From Bugula neritina (Eukaryota > Animalia > Bryozoa): a DNA stretch of 64,000 nucleotides. Shown here one piece after another: positions 1-15,857 of this stretch. Where the stretch lies: the NCBI GenBank assembly GCA_964035545.1, contig OZ037773.1, positions 2,943,751-3,007,750 on the forward strand. Reading direction: 5' to 3'. The first letter of the stretch is position 1, and each line of letters begins with the position of its first letter. The translations under genes were made by a program, and so were the position numbers. The notes under the pieces are model-generated. The model searched no databases. It had not been told where the DNA came from and worked only from the letters and a program-made list of their open reading frames with translations.

Positions 1-593
1 ACTTTGTCTTTCATCTGCATACCCATTGTAGAATCATTGCCGCCACCATACAAGATTCTTTGTTTGTTAAGAGGGGAGTTGGGTTTAAGAATTACTAATT
101 AAATATATCGTTATTTTTGTCCTATTTGGAATAACATGGAGGATTAGAACAGGTGGTGGTATCAGATAAACATTTCCAATAATAACATAGTTCAAACTGA
201 ATAGAGAGCATAACTTTAAAACAAGCATGCTGCTATAGGCACAAGCATCTTTGTCCTATTCATCTTCACCTCATCTTATTACTGAGACATAAGTGATCAA
301 AAGTAAAAAGTTGATTAGAGGAAAATGGCTAAACATTTATAGAATAAATAATTTTATCTATAGAACGACAAAATGTTTGTCAGAAAGATCAGTAAATCAA
401 TCAGTTTAGATTGAAAACTTGCAAATAATAATGATAGATTTTGTATAGTTTTTTATTATCCAGAAAACACATTTTCAAATATCTTAGCTTGATCACCACC
501 AAAAGAACATAGAGTGTATTGGTGCTAAGGAATTGAAGTTTATTTTTACCATTGATTTTAGGTCAACATGGCACATGCAGGTAATATATACAT

Positions 594-748
594 GTGTATG
601 TGTGTGTGTTGTGTGTGTGTGTTGTGTGTGTGTGTGTTGTGTGTGTGTGTGTGTTGTGTGTGTGTTGTGTGTGCTTTGTGTGTGTTTTGCGGTGTGTATT
701 TTGCGGTGTGAGTGTATGCATGCGTGCGTGCATGTGTGTGTGTGCGTC
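594..748. repeat. (TG)n / GT-rich microsatellite
   Basis: Imperfect (TG)n run; source of the C/V-rich and T/H-rich ORFs at 533-794. Confidence 0.95.
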
Positions 749-1339
749 TTATAATTTGGTAGTCATAACAATGTATTGTCCGCAAAAATAGCATAGATTA
801 ATGAAACATACTTGAACGAGAAATTTAATTTTCATTTAATTTGCCTGTTTTATTGACTTGGCTATTAATTTAACTACAGCTGCACACTCAATCATAGAGC
901 AAGAAAATTAATTTTCTTCAGCCCAATTGGATAAAAAAGTCACTTATTTTTCTGCAGTTGTGCTGGTCTTCTTGCTACCTACCACTGTCGTTGCGTTAAT
1001 CAATATTTCACTAATTAGCAGTTAGCAGAAGCTCGGTGCAAAATTTGCTAACGATTATTTGAAAAACTCTGTATCAATTGCCATAAGAATTGTTATAATC
1101 AGCCTCATTGTTTTTGCTCATAATAATGGCTGAGTTGCATTGTAAAACTAAAAGCATTTATAGAAAGGCCATTATCGTAAGATGGCCAATAAAATTTGAA
1201 TAACTACGAATTCTGCGAATGAAAATGCTGAATTGCTCAGTTTTATACAATTGCTTATACATAAAAGCAGGTAACAAATCTTTGAATCATTCTGATTTTA
1301 GCTTTTGTTTAACTATTGAGTGTCCTCCTAACAAACAAG

Positions 1340-3435
<2,096 letters not shown>

Positions 3436-3949
3436 AAATCTTCACATGGCAATCTATTAAATGTTTTTCCGCCAAACTTTAGTTTAATATAATATAAGAA
3501 GCTGACTTTAATAAAATAATGATTATTTTACTTGTATTCAATTTTGCTAAAATTTGTGTGAAAATAAAAGAAACTCAAATGTTTATTAAAATTGTTGGTT
3601 TTCTTTCTAGAAGCTTATCATCGTGGTTTTATTTCATCTATATAACCATGTGATTTCTTTGCTAAGGTGACTATTTTGAAACCTTCAATTTTGTCAGACA
3701 CCATTATGATTGCAACATCATTATATACTGTTGTATTGTAGTTTTGCTGGCTACTACAAGTGTGAGTTATTTTGTGTGCTTGCACTGCTAGAGCATACCT
3801 TTACGAGATTTATAAGAGAAAATGAGTAGTTGTTGTTGAACAAATAGATATGTATATTTAGAACACTAATTATCAAAAATTTTACATCAATGTGTGAAAA
3901 AGTGACAGAGATTCATATAGTAATGAGCTTTGAAACGTATCTAAGCGTA

Positions 3950-4280
3950 GAATGAGTCTTGAGCGCCCAGGAGGCTTGCCTTATAAGGGCAGGCTGTCTT
4001 CTGATTGGCTAGTAAGTTCCAGCAGTGGAGACTGCGACGGCTGGCAGCATTTTACAATGAATCGGATGTTCCGTTTGGAATCGAACTTCGAATCAGACAG
4101 AATTCGGACGCACCCGAACCCAGTTAGCACGTCTGAATTTTTCCCAATCAGACACTCCGAAGTTCAGGATGTCCAAATTCGTACTTACACAAGAACAAAG
4201 AAAAACTGAACAAAGAGAACTAGACTAAGCCGCCTTTGGATTCCCTGCGCGTAGGGAATCCGAAAGTGCCTTAACAATAA
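3950..4280. mobile_element. Possible non-autonomous DNA element with terminal hairpin (Helentron/HINE-like?)
   Basis: GC-richer island in AT-rich DNA ending in hairpin ctttggattccctgc-gc-gtagggaatccgaaag (4234-4266) next to ttaacaataat. Single copy in the window; family call is inference. Confidence 0.3.
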
Positions 4281-7200
4281 TACAAAGATAACTCCTAAAG
4301 ATCTACTACAGTATAATTTCGAGAACTTGATTTATATAGTTTATACAAAAAGTAGTGGAAACCTGGGTGATATGGGCCGCTTAAGCCCACAGCCCAAACT
4401 GTCAATGTTTGATTGAAAATTAGTATTTCAACATGTGGGTGCTATCTCTACTGACCTACAAACAGACTTTGAAGCTCCTATACAGATGCTTGACTGAGCT
4501 ATAATTGAAAATTGGTGGACCATACTGCTTATATATTTTTTTCTATTGAGGTAAAAATTACACAATGTCTCATCTAGCAATTATAATTCAAGATAAGATT
4601 CTTTCGAGAACATTTTGTTATTGTCCACACCCACTTTGATTGGGCAACATGTCAATAATACGGTGCTTTATTGCTAGAAGACTCCGTTTGACTTTGTCTC
4701 CATATACATATTTGCCATCAACTAGCATATACAAAATGCTACCAAACTGCCACCATGTTATATTAATTTACGAAAACTTTGAAAGGAACTTGTTCCTTCT
4801 TGGCCAGTGTGTACTAAATAAACTATAATGACTTATGCCGTAGGTTTGCTTTTGCATGTAACAATGTAATGCTTATGAGATTGTAAATTTATAGAAATGT
4901 GTCACTAATCTCCGGAAAAATTCTAGAATTAGAAAAAATGACCTAACAGAAATTAAAAAAAAATTGGAACATAACATAATATTTTGGGTATTGCGTGGTG
5001 GTATGTACCGTAATAGTAAGTGATACTATGGTTGACTTGTAGTGTATTATATTGTAGATAAACTATAATTGATATTAGTAACACTGTGAAATCTAGATAC
5101 TAACTGTTTAGCAAGAACTGTACAAATAATTTATACAGTTGCTGAAGATGATAATAAAAAGGAAACTTGGCCCACACTTACTAATTATAGCTATTAGCTA
5201 TATTAAGAGTTAAAAAATAAACTCCAGTATAACATACAACTATATATAATAACTGTATACTTGATTTTATCACGGGTCTATTATGAGGAGTTGCTTTACC
5301 AAAAGACCTGTGAAGCTTTATTCAAATAGATTATACTATATTGTATGTAATCAAGATGCAAAGACCGTATTAATACACCATTTTAACTCTCACACTAGCT
5401 AACCAAATTTAGACTAACTTCACAAAATCTGTGGCATTAATAATTATGCATTGGTGCAGCATCTACACTTTACAGTATACTATATTTGTTTATAAGTTGA
5501 ACTCCTTGGCGTCAAATTTACTATCAGACGGGTTATTTCTCTCCAGCTTTTTTGAGGTAGGCACAACAATTGGAAGAAATTAAAAAAAGCCTGTGTTCTA
5601 GATGATAAACATAGCAAAAGAAGTTCCGTTTTTGCAAAAAAAGTTTAACCAGAATCACCCAAACCAAAAGCGAAAGATTTATTTTCCTGTGTGCGCGCGC
5701 GTGTGTGTGTGTGTGTGTGAGCACATGCACACAAAACCATGCTGTATAACCAAAGACATAGTGGGGAAAGTATATAAAGCAGAAAGTGCACTAAAACACT
5801 GAAAAATTTAATAAAATTTATTAAATAATGGCTCTTTTAGAGCTTTTAGTCAACTGTAGCTTAATAGATATATGCAAACCTTCACTTCAATTTGAGGTTG
5901 TGCCAGGCAATAAAGAATGATCAATAACATTGTTTAAGTTCAGCATGCCTTAGTTGCAGTACGTCTGTTTACGTGTTGTATCCATAACTAACAGTATCCA
6001 GGTAACTGGTTGCTAGACTAAAAAACAACTAATCAAACAATTCTAAAGCTATTGTCTAAAGCAAGTGGGGCGTGAGTAAACCATCCTTACCGATTATAAT
6101 GCTATGTACGGGTGACCTGGCTATTGACCTTCGAAATTCTATTGACCTCGCTGCTCAACAAGCTTTATAGTTTAAATATCTTTCAACTCAATTGAGTTGA
6201 AAATGTTATTGTTGGAAAAATTGAAAGCAGCGTATTAACACAAACACTAACACTGAATTTTCAATCGAATCCTCGAGTCTTTTTCAATTTGCAGCCTTCA
6301 AATGGGTAGAAGAATTATATGTTGATATTAAACAGCCGGATAGGCTTCTTACAGGCTTATTCTACATTCTACTTTTTTATAGTATTGCATGTGAACAAAC
6401 ATAGCATTTGCAAAACACTATGATGGCTAGAGACATATAAATTATTGCTTGATCAAGCCAATTAACTCAAGTTGTAAATAATATTTGAAGACATTCAATA
6501 ACTGACATTACTCAATGCTGTTGAAAATTTGAGAAAGATAGTTATGAGTAATTGTCAGTCGGAATTTACTTGTGTGCTTTTAAATGAGCTTTTTTCTTTC
6601 ACTTACAGTGATGGTGCTACAATATTATGGCAGACAACACTGTACATTTATAAATTTAAACTTATATAAGCACAAGACTTGCTATTTATCCCAAGTAGTG
6701 ACAATAAAATAGAGGCAAAAGTTACACCAAAAACTCTCAGCCTATACCAACTGCTGCACTGGCATCCCATTACATAACGGAAATGCCTGTAGCTTTGGTT
6801 CTCACAAATTCAACCTAGCAACTTGAGCAGGTATGTAGGGGATGGCACTCTGCACTAGCAATTATAATTTAGATCCAATTCTAATTTAGTTCATACCAAT
6901 GGCCATGAACGCATGTAAAACAAAAAGCTTTCAGGGTATGAACGCCTACATAGAATATCAATACATGTATTATTAAAACAACTTTTTATACAATTCATGA
7001 AAGTTTTCCATTGTTGGCAGGCAACGGTGATTGTGAATATAAAGGTTGTTATTGGTTTTTGTCAACTGCAAATACATCTTTTGAAAAGTTTTATTGATTA
7101 AACCGAAGGCATTCACAGCAGTAATATAATTGTTAATCAGGTATGCAGCTTTCTATTCTAGCAGTGTTAGAAGACAAGCAAAGCACTAGCTAACAAAGAT

Positions 7201-7761
7201 GGAATTGACGTCATTCATTCTGAAAAAATTAGTTCCATTCAGTATATGAGAAAATGGCTACAGCAACACAACTGATGCAGAATTGCTTTCATAATCACGA
7301 AGTCGACCTTGAAAAATACCAAAAAAAATTTACCAGCAGCTTTGATATACAAGTATATACACTACACAATACACAGTTCATAAAATGTATATACATAGCA
7401 CATACAAAACAATATATAGTAGATATGCATTGTACTTTTACAAAATTTTAGTATAATGGTAAAAAGAAATGAACTTTTGTAAATTATTCACTAGTGAAAA
7501 CAATATACATCTGAATAATATAATTGTCAGTATTTAAAAAAAGACCAAATTTAGCATCAGTTAAAATAATATTCATGACATACAAACATGTAAGTATCTT
7601 TGATTGATGATCAGTTAAAGTGAGTAAAAGTTCTACCCAAACGCAGCAAATTATGAACAAACTAACGTAGTTATATGCCTTCTTCAGCTTGCTGGCTATT
7701 TTATCCAACGCTAATGTACATTTCTAGTCTTCTGCACCCTGTTTATGACATGGCATAACCT

Positions 7762-10700
7762 TTATTTTACTAGATACATGTTTATAGCGTCTAAATCATC
7801 ATCATTTTGTGTCTTTAAACTTTCCTCATATCTTCCAACTTGGTCTGATAAATCAAACTTTCTTAAGAAACTTGTGTCGTACAACATCTGGAAAGAAACT
7901 AAATCAGATTAGGAGCAAGATTATGGTATTGTAGAACTGTATTTCAATTAACATAGTAGAAGCTTTGCGAGGTACTACAACCTCTTCATACGACAGCTTC
8001 AACTCAAATATTTGTGATTAAATATTATATCTGTAAAATAGATTTACTTAGCCCCAAAAGACCAATTATTTGCGTGAATACCTGCCCAGACCATAAAGCT
8101 ATGATAGCAGAGGAATATATATACTTAAAGGAACCCCAAACTCGATTAGATATAGAAGAATAGTTTGAAAGCTTAAGAAAGCAGGTATTGCACCATAAAT
8201 AGAGCTGGGATTCACAGACATAGCTGGGATACATAGCTGAGACACATAGCTGGGACATGTAGACATAGCTGGGATATATAGCTGAGACACATAGCTGGGA
8301 CATGTGGTTGGAATACGTACATCTAGGCCAGCTAAGGCAGTGCTCACTTCAGGGTATGTGATCAGCAACCTGCCAGACTTCTTTTTAATCTCATCCAAGC
8401 AAAACAGCCACAGCCTGTTAGCAACAGAGAACTGTATAAATAGAGGTGTCCTTAAGCACACAGCAGCCTACAATAGCTACCGGCTTTTACATACTATTGT
8501 TGATGGGTTGCTAAGCAACTTCTCTATCGCTAGGAGATAGGCACAGGCACAAAAACTATACAATTGAAAGAGCCTTATTTGGTAGGCAATCAGGTGAAAA
8601 TTAATATAATTGCAAACAAAACATTCCACACATCAATAGGATTATTAAGATACTAACTATGAGTACAATAACTATTAGAAACCATGAATGGCAAACACTA
8701 CACACACAAATACATTAACCTTAAGTTCACTTTTATCAGTTAAAACCAGTAATGCATTTTAACCAAAATTGTCACCTTTTGCAAATATTACAAAGATTTA
8801 AAGTGAATTTCAAGTAATGTGTGTATCAATGAGACCTGCAGGATTAACAGCAAAAAATTAGATAGCATTTTGAAAATCTAATCATGAAAAAGTTTGATAT
8901 AAATTGTGAGGTACCAGTAGAAATGATAGATAACAGTTAAAGAGAGTAGATATATCCATCAACAGGATGAAATAAAAACTATTTTTTAAAATAAATTTAA
9001 GACTTTACAGTTTTAGAAGCATGACCACTACCCACTGTAAACTGCATTAGTACTACGTCTATTTCTAAACATCTCACACAAAGCATACTATCCTATCACA
9101 AATGACTGAAAGAAGTATGCAAATCAGACAATAATAACACCGAAGGAGTTGTCTTCCCAAAAACTTTAAAATTGACGGTTTGGGTGTTTTATTTTGTAGA
9201 GCTAAGTAGATAAGCATAAATAGACTGGGAACTATAACTGTAGGTAATGTATACATACTTTCTCTGGGAATCTTTGTCACTGTAGAAATCAAATACATTA
9301 TTCATCACCACAACATCAGCTGAAAGAAATGAGACAGGAAATATGTGAACATGTCCTTTTATACGAAAATACAACACATATTAGATAACAGGCTAAAAAT
9401 ATAGTGCCTACCAGAAAGATGATAAAACTTGAATGAGAAATTATACAAAAAACTCGAACCACAGTGAGTACACAACTCCAAACTACAAGACAAAAACCAT
9501 AGTTTAATTCAAGAACAACTCATGGAGATTATTTATTACAGTGCATTCACTGAGCATTTAGTATGTAAAGTAGATCAGCTTTACACTTAAACAGTACTTG
9601 ACTTCAATCGAAAAAGAAGTTAATGACTCATTTGTATAGCTATGAGTCAACTGCAAGACTTTTGTACAGAGGAAAACATATTCTAACTTAATGAAGTAGG
9701 CGGGAGGAGGAGAAAAATAGACATTCCCAAAAATATTTTTCCGAAAACACCTGAACGTTTTTTTCGTGACCATCCACCAATCTAAATTAACTAAATAATT
9801 AGGAAAAACATGAAAAATCAAGCAAAATTAAAAAGAAACTTGATTATTTATTTGTATTTATTGATGTCTTATTAGTTTTGAGCAAAAACCCATATAAATT
9901 AGCAGCTAAATTGTGAAAAATAGCTGAAACCTAGACATTTCAAGTGTGTACTAATTAAGTAAAATGATCCAATTAAAATTAATTTTGTTCTCACAAGGAA
10001 CAAATAAGAGTTATATAATTTAACCAATTACATTAACTGTGTAATTTGTAGTTGTATTTAGTTGCAATTGCAACTTACCCCAACTCCGGAGCTGCAAAGA
10101 ACTACTCGTGAAAAATTGGTAAAAAAAATTCTTGTTGAGAAAATAGAGCAAATCGATTGGCTCATCAAGAATAAAAGTAATGTAATGAAAAGTAGTGTTT
10201 TTAGAACAAAAATGGCTTGATTTACAGGAATAGAGGAAGACTTAGGCTAAGCACAGGTATAGATATAATATAATATTCACCTTCGGCAAGGAGCTGGGGG
10301 CAGTTGATGATGTCATCATGCACAATACTGATCTTTTCCGAGAGATCATATTTGTCAACCATTGATTGGCTGATCTTACAGAAATCTCCGTTCATCTCAA
10401 CACCAATACACTTTTTCAAAGGGCTGAATAAAGCTACCTACAGCATACAAAATCCGAACTTAAACCAAAATAGTTTTGTTATATAATGATAAAGAAAACA
10501 GTAAACAAATATAATGTGTTTTGTTTATCTATAATTAAGCTACTAGCCTGTGAGGATATATTTAAATTGTTTTATTTTATTTTACAAAATGATGCAGTAA
10601 GAACAATAACCTTGTACCAGCCGCAGAATTACTATAATGAATATTTGTGTAAGAATAAGTCAGGTTTGTTGACAGTAAACATGTTCATTAGGAGAACAAC

Positions 10701-13568
10701 GATACAAAAGCTTTAAAACTCGCTTCGAGGTACATTAAATTACAAAAAAGTAATTTGCTTTTCACTAAAATATGACAGATAGATGGTTTAGCTACTGCAT
10801 AATATGCCTATAGTATGTAGGCTGGTAACATAGACAGCAGACAACTCTAAAACACAGCATATAAATGACTCACCCCATAGAGCACAGCACCGGTCCTTGA
10901 GCCGATATCTACTAGAACTTTGTCTTTGCAGTTTGAGAGAAGACATTTACATATATACTTCACTTCATTTGCAGAGAACGAATGAGAAATGAGCTCTAAA
11001 AACAAATACCTGAAATTACCATAGCTTACTGATCCAGTATATATAAGACATTCTTATACCATCTTTTCAAAACGATGTTGGGAATGTCTATAGAAGTTAG
11101 TTTTTAATTGAAACAGTGAGAATTTAGGATCAGCCTCAAGTTATTATAAATAAAACTAGGAGCAGCGACGGTCTAGGGGTTAGAGCTTTTGCTTAGTAAA
11201 CACGAAGTCATGGGTTTAAACCTTGCAAAAGGTTATTGGCGATGTTAGGAAGAGTGGCCAGTCATAACTTCCTCTGTGTCACATCTGAATAAGTTCCTAG
11301 CCCGATTCAACAAAAAGCCCTTTCTATCAGGGATGGTGACTATAAACTTGCATGAAATTTTTGTAAAGCTACTGTTAACAGTCTTTACTATTCATTTTAG
11401 TCAAGATTCTAGGGTGACATACTGGATGTTACATAATTTCAAACCCGCTGCACAACAAAATTTTATTACACTTGAGAAAAAACTCTTAGCAGGGCTGCCA
11501 TCTGTGGGTATTTAAGAGCCTTTCTTGGAAAACACATACTTGCTGATGAGGTCTAAGACTTACTGATACAGCATAAGATCTTAACTCAGCTACAATTTGC
11601 AACCAAATCTATAACCTCGGCGCATATATCAATTGTGAAATTAAGGGGAAATGTTGTCAGCTAATATATTTCCATATACTTTGAATGGTTTTGCTACAAA
11701 ATGACACGCAACATACAAAAAGAAAACAACTCCAAATAACAAATATATTTTGTATTTAAATGCAGCTTCTATCGCATATATAGCCTCAGAGCATATATCG
11801 AAAACTTAGGGCTGATTCTACGTCAGTTGATAATATATTATTACAATACTTTGAATGAATTTATATAACACTTTTCATTACCAGGCAGCATATAAAAAGA
11901 AGACAATCCTAAATAACATATATATTTTGTATACCATGAAGACCTGACAGGAAAAAGCAGTTGGGTACAAACCTATTTCTTTCACAGCTTTACTTCCACA
12001 GGTGGTGCAGTAGTGCCTGGAGAGATTTCCCTGACTACAAGCTATGTCCAAATCATCCTCGTCATATATGAATGAGTCGACGTGCTCAACCAAACCGGTG
12101 CTGTCCCCACAAAGCAGCGTTTTCTACATGCAAGTAGCTAGGCTAAGATGCAGTACAGTACAATGTAGACACATGATCCCAACAAGTGCAGGCTGATGGG
12201 AAATTTTAAGATGGAACTTGTGTAGAAAGAAAATGTAAACTTAGTATTTGAATAAAATTTTTCTTTGATTATTATATTACATTACCATTATTTAAAAATT
12301 GGGTATGAAAATAAAAAAATTGGTTTGATGACGAGTATATTTCTTTATTCAGAGGGTAATATTCAGGGGGTAGTTAAATATAACATATCTGCAACGAAAA
12401 ATTTACAGTTGAATATTTATAACTAGGCAACAATTATACTCTGATTAAAAAGTAATACAGTTTGAAAGAAACTATTTTACTTTAAATCATAATTTGATTG
12501 ACTTTAGACTTAATGACCAACATTAGCTGTACCATCATCGTGCTAAATTGCAAATCAATGTGATAGTAAGTTGAGAAAACAGCAAACCTGAGCAGGTTTC
12601 AAGGATTCACTCTCCAGTACACAACTCGGAGGCAGAATTTCCCGAAGATCCTCTCGAATAGCTTCCAGAATCATCTGAGAGTCTCCATAGTCATCTGACT
12701 CAGCATGGTTTGTATTAAAATCTGCTGAACAAAGTCACAGCAAATCGTGCTGCCTTCAATATCCTCACTATTTCTATTGGCATCAAACAGCAATCTAGCC
12801 AGAGTACTACCACCCGAAGTCAAACAATTTCTCACATCTAATTCTATCAAAGAAGGTTGACTGGAATAAAAATACATGCTTACTGGAAGTAGTGTTAGAT
12901 GATTCCAGTTGATGAAGCTGCCACCATGATGTGTAGAAATATTCAGTGCCACTGTGTACAAAGTCTGCTACATTTCTTATTATCATAAGTAAGAATGAAA
13001 GAACCATTTCTCTGCGTTGAATTTGGGAATTTGAGTCACTGCAAAAAACACACCCTAAGGCTGATACTAATGGCCACGACAACGGAAACTGCTTAGCATT
13101 AGTATTACTATAACTATTAGTACAACTACAGTTATTACTATTAGTATTACTATTACTATTAGTATTAGTATTACTGTTCGTGTTAGTAATAGCTATAGTG
13201 AGACCAATAATAAGAAAGTTGCTACAAAAAGACTCCGAGTTGAGGGATGAATGGTGCAGTAGTTTGAAGTTCTAGAGTTACGAGTTCTAGAAGTAGAGTT
13301 GGACCTTATACCACCCCAACTTCAAACTCAAAATCCCGGACTATTGCACTCAATCACTCCCAACTCGGAGCTGCTTTTTGCAGCTTTCAGTTTCTAATAA
13401 TAATAATAATGCTGCCTGTTATTGATATGTCTATTAGGAAGGATACTGACTTGTTACAACTCTTAACGGTATTCCTTGAATTCCTAATTAATCTAATATA
13501 TTTAGAGTAAAACTTATATTCGTACCTTGCAATCCCAAGCTTTTGAATTTAAAACAGTGTTGAAACAT
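7762..13568 (-). CDS. Uncharacterised class I SAM-dependent methyltransferase-like protein with CxxC motif
   Basis: Frame-consistent exons 12588-12721, 11973-12123, 10874-10995, 10281-10437, 9259-9319, 8321-8414, 7762-7887 give ...IREDLREILPPSCVL...HVDSFIYDEDDL...SRHYCTTCGS...ELISHSFS...VLVDIGSRTGAVLYG...CIGVEMN...IVHDDI...ADVVVMNNVFDFY...GRLLITYP...MYLVK*. DIGSRTG is SAM motif I, GVE post-I, HDDI motif II. Upstream exons 12884-12967 and 13526-13568 fit the frame but are tentative. Confidence 0.82.
8200..8303. repeat. Intronic tandem repeat (acatagctggg core)
   Basis: About 7 reiterations of (a/c)atagctg just downstream of the donor at 8320. Confidence 0.85.
11159..11350 (+). mobile_element. 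tRNA-derived SINE, copy 1
   Basis: A-box-like cggtctagggg and B-box-like ggtttaaacc; body homologous to 34313-34517, 35800-35976, 46468-46667, 55464-55657. Confidence 0.8.
13221..13384. mobile_element. Foldback / MITE-like imperfect inverted repeat
   Basis: gctacaaaaagactccgagttgaggga...gtgcagtagt pairs with actattgcac...ctcccaactcggagctgctttttgcagc; related word cccaactccggagctgc near 10078. Confidence 0.55.
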
Positions 13569-13979
13569 TTACCCACGTGGTGTTGGAAAAATAGACCGAG
13601 AACCGCAATTACTCAATACAGCTTTTGTGCAAAAGATAAATTTGTCCAATGGTAAAGCTTGTTAACTGAAAGTTTCCGCCAGAGTAGCGAGGTTGTTAGC
13701 ACCATTTATCTATTGTTGAGTAGAAGTCATAGAGATCAGTACGAGTATCACCGCCTTTGGCTTCACTGCTACCGTTTGCGTATGACTCGGTGATACTGAT
13801 TGCCATTGCTGATTGTTGTTAAACTTAAAGTGCAGTAGTAACCTTGAAATATATTGGAAATAGCAAAACTGGAAGTAAACATTACCAATGTGTTGCTTGT
13901 AGTTGTATCAATGTGAATGTGTTACAGAGTATTAGTGAGAGTAATAAATTAAAATTTATTTATCATCTAATCACCAAGA

Positions 13980-14400
13980 GTAAGTCTAAGACTAATGAGT
14001 AATGACTAATCTGTAATCACTATGGCTATGACTTACTCTTAGAGTATCAAATCAATGTGTATGACTATGACATTGACTATCACTATGAGTCACTGTATCA
14101 TAATCAGTGTCACTATGAGTATGACTATCAGTATGAGTATCAGTATGGCATTGACTATCAGTATCGGTGACCACTCATATTATAACATAGACTAGTAGTA
14201 GTAAGCATCACAGTTATTAGTCATCACTAATCTCAATCTGCAATCATTAGTGATAAGTGATTAGACTTAGTATCCAATCACTAACTCTAAGTCAAATGAG
14301 TAACTCAAAGATAGTAAGTAATACTAATATTAATACCAATAGTAATAGTATTATTAAAAATAAAGTTAGTATTGCTAAGTATTAGTATTAGTAAAACTAG
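13980..14400. repeat. Degenerate hexamer repeat (AGTATG/ACTATC family)
   Basis: 6-nt periodicity actatg-acattg-actatc-actatg...agtatg-actatc-agtatg-agtatc. Confidence 0.7.
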
Positions 14401-15857
14401 ATCAGATCAGATTATTTATTCCTGCTGAGCACAATTTATTATATATTTTTTTATAAACAACTTGAATTTTTCTCTTTCCTTTCCTTATTGTAGATATCAG
14501 TAACTATTGCTCGAACTTCACCATCACCGTGACCATGACTATGTCAAACTCAATATTATCAAGTTTTCATGAATTTTCTTTTTATGAATAAAGTTAATTT
14601 TGTTGTATTAGAAATTACTATTACATTTATTGTATTATTATGCTGTATCACTATCCATGTTACTGTTAGTGTTAGTAGTAGTTATACTTATACTAAAGTT
14701 TTGGTAATACTAATAGTATATTACTATTTTAATTTAGTTTAATTATAAATCTACTGTCAGTATAAATATCGTTATGAATTGCTATGTCTTTTAGTATAAA
14801 TTTAAGTATATTGATTATTCAGTTATTATCTATCATTCTTTGTATTACTATTAGTATTTCCGTATTTAGCAGTTAATTTCCATTAGACCTATGACTATTA
14901 ATATTTGAAAATATCAATATAGGTGATATCACTATCATTGATAGCACTGCTATTTTGCGATTATCACATTCACCATGACTCCGATAGTATCATTATCCTC
15001 ATATATAGTCAATGCAACTATGACTAGAACTAAATTGATTGAATTCACAAGTTTTTTTTTAAAGATGGTATTACTTTGAGTTTGTTGAATTTTGTTGCAT
15101 AGGATATCTGTTAAGACATAAATGTTATCTTTCTCTGTAAATTAATGGGAGTCAGACATCACAAGTAACCTCAGTAAAATCAGATATGAGGAGGAATGCA
15201 ACTAATATTGAGACACAATAGAAATCATTTGATGATAATTGAAATATATATAAGACTAAATAATAAGTTTTCTTTGTTTGTGCTGTTCTAAAACACACTC
15301 ACATGTTAGCACACACTACTGTACTAGTTTTCCTTTCTTAAACTTTTTCAAAGCCTGTCAATAATAGGCTAAATGTTTTCTGGCTATAATAATTGATTTA
15401 AATATTAGTATTACAATTACCAATGTAATTATATATTATTAATTAATTTTTTTTAAATAATCATTTTATATATGCTCCTAATTATTGATTATAATTTAAT
15501 TCTTGAAATATGTAGTAATAAAAACCAATAGTTCTTGAAAACCAGCCTACATTCAAATTTGTTTTCATCCTGACCTTTTATAATCAGGAGTGATTTGTTG
15601 AAATAGCCTAATACAAGTGTGTAACGTAGAGTTTACGATAGATTTAGTACTAAATCATTAGCAAGTCTTTATAATTGAATTGATGAAACAATTTCTCAAT
15701 AGAGCTTTTAACCCTCCTGGTATCTGTCTAAGTCCAAGTGTTGGAACAGTACTATTGATAGCCTGAACAGAACCTGTAGATGTGAGATTACTATTCCTGC
15801 GTTTGCTTTCTTTGTAGATCTTCATGTAGTTTACGAAGGAGTACATAACTGGATGGA

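Noticed and set aside
1-94. Possible minus-strand exon (ILKPNSPLNKQRILYGGGNDSTMGMQMKDK) running off the window
   Set aside because: Open frame and an AG at 95-96, but weak acceptor, no recognisable motif and no partner exon found.
533-794. Cys/Val-rich and Thr/His-rich ORFs
   Set aside because: Translations of a (TG)n microsatellite.
3952-4209. 85-aa ATG ORF in the GC-richer island
   Set aside because: No recognisable domain or splice context; more likely repeat-derived.
11543-11580. Second hammerhead candidate ctgatga-ggtctaagact...gata
   Set aside because: GAAA box absent and no convincing stems I or III; at best a decayed copy.
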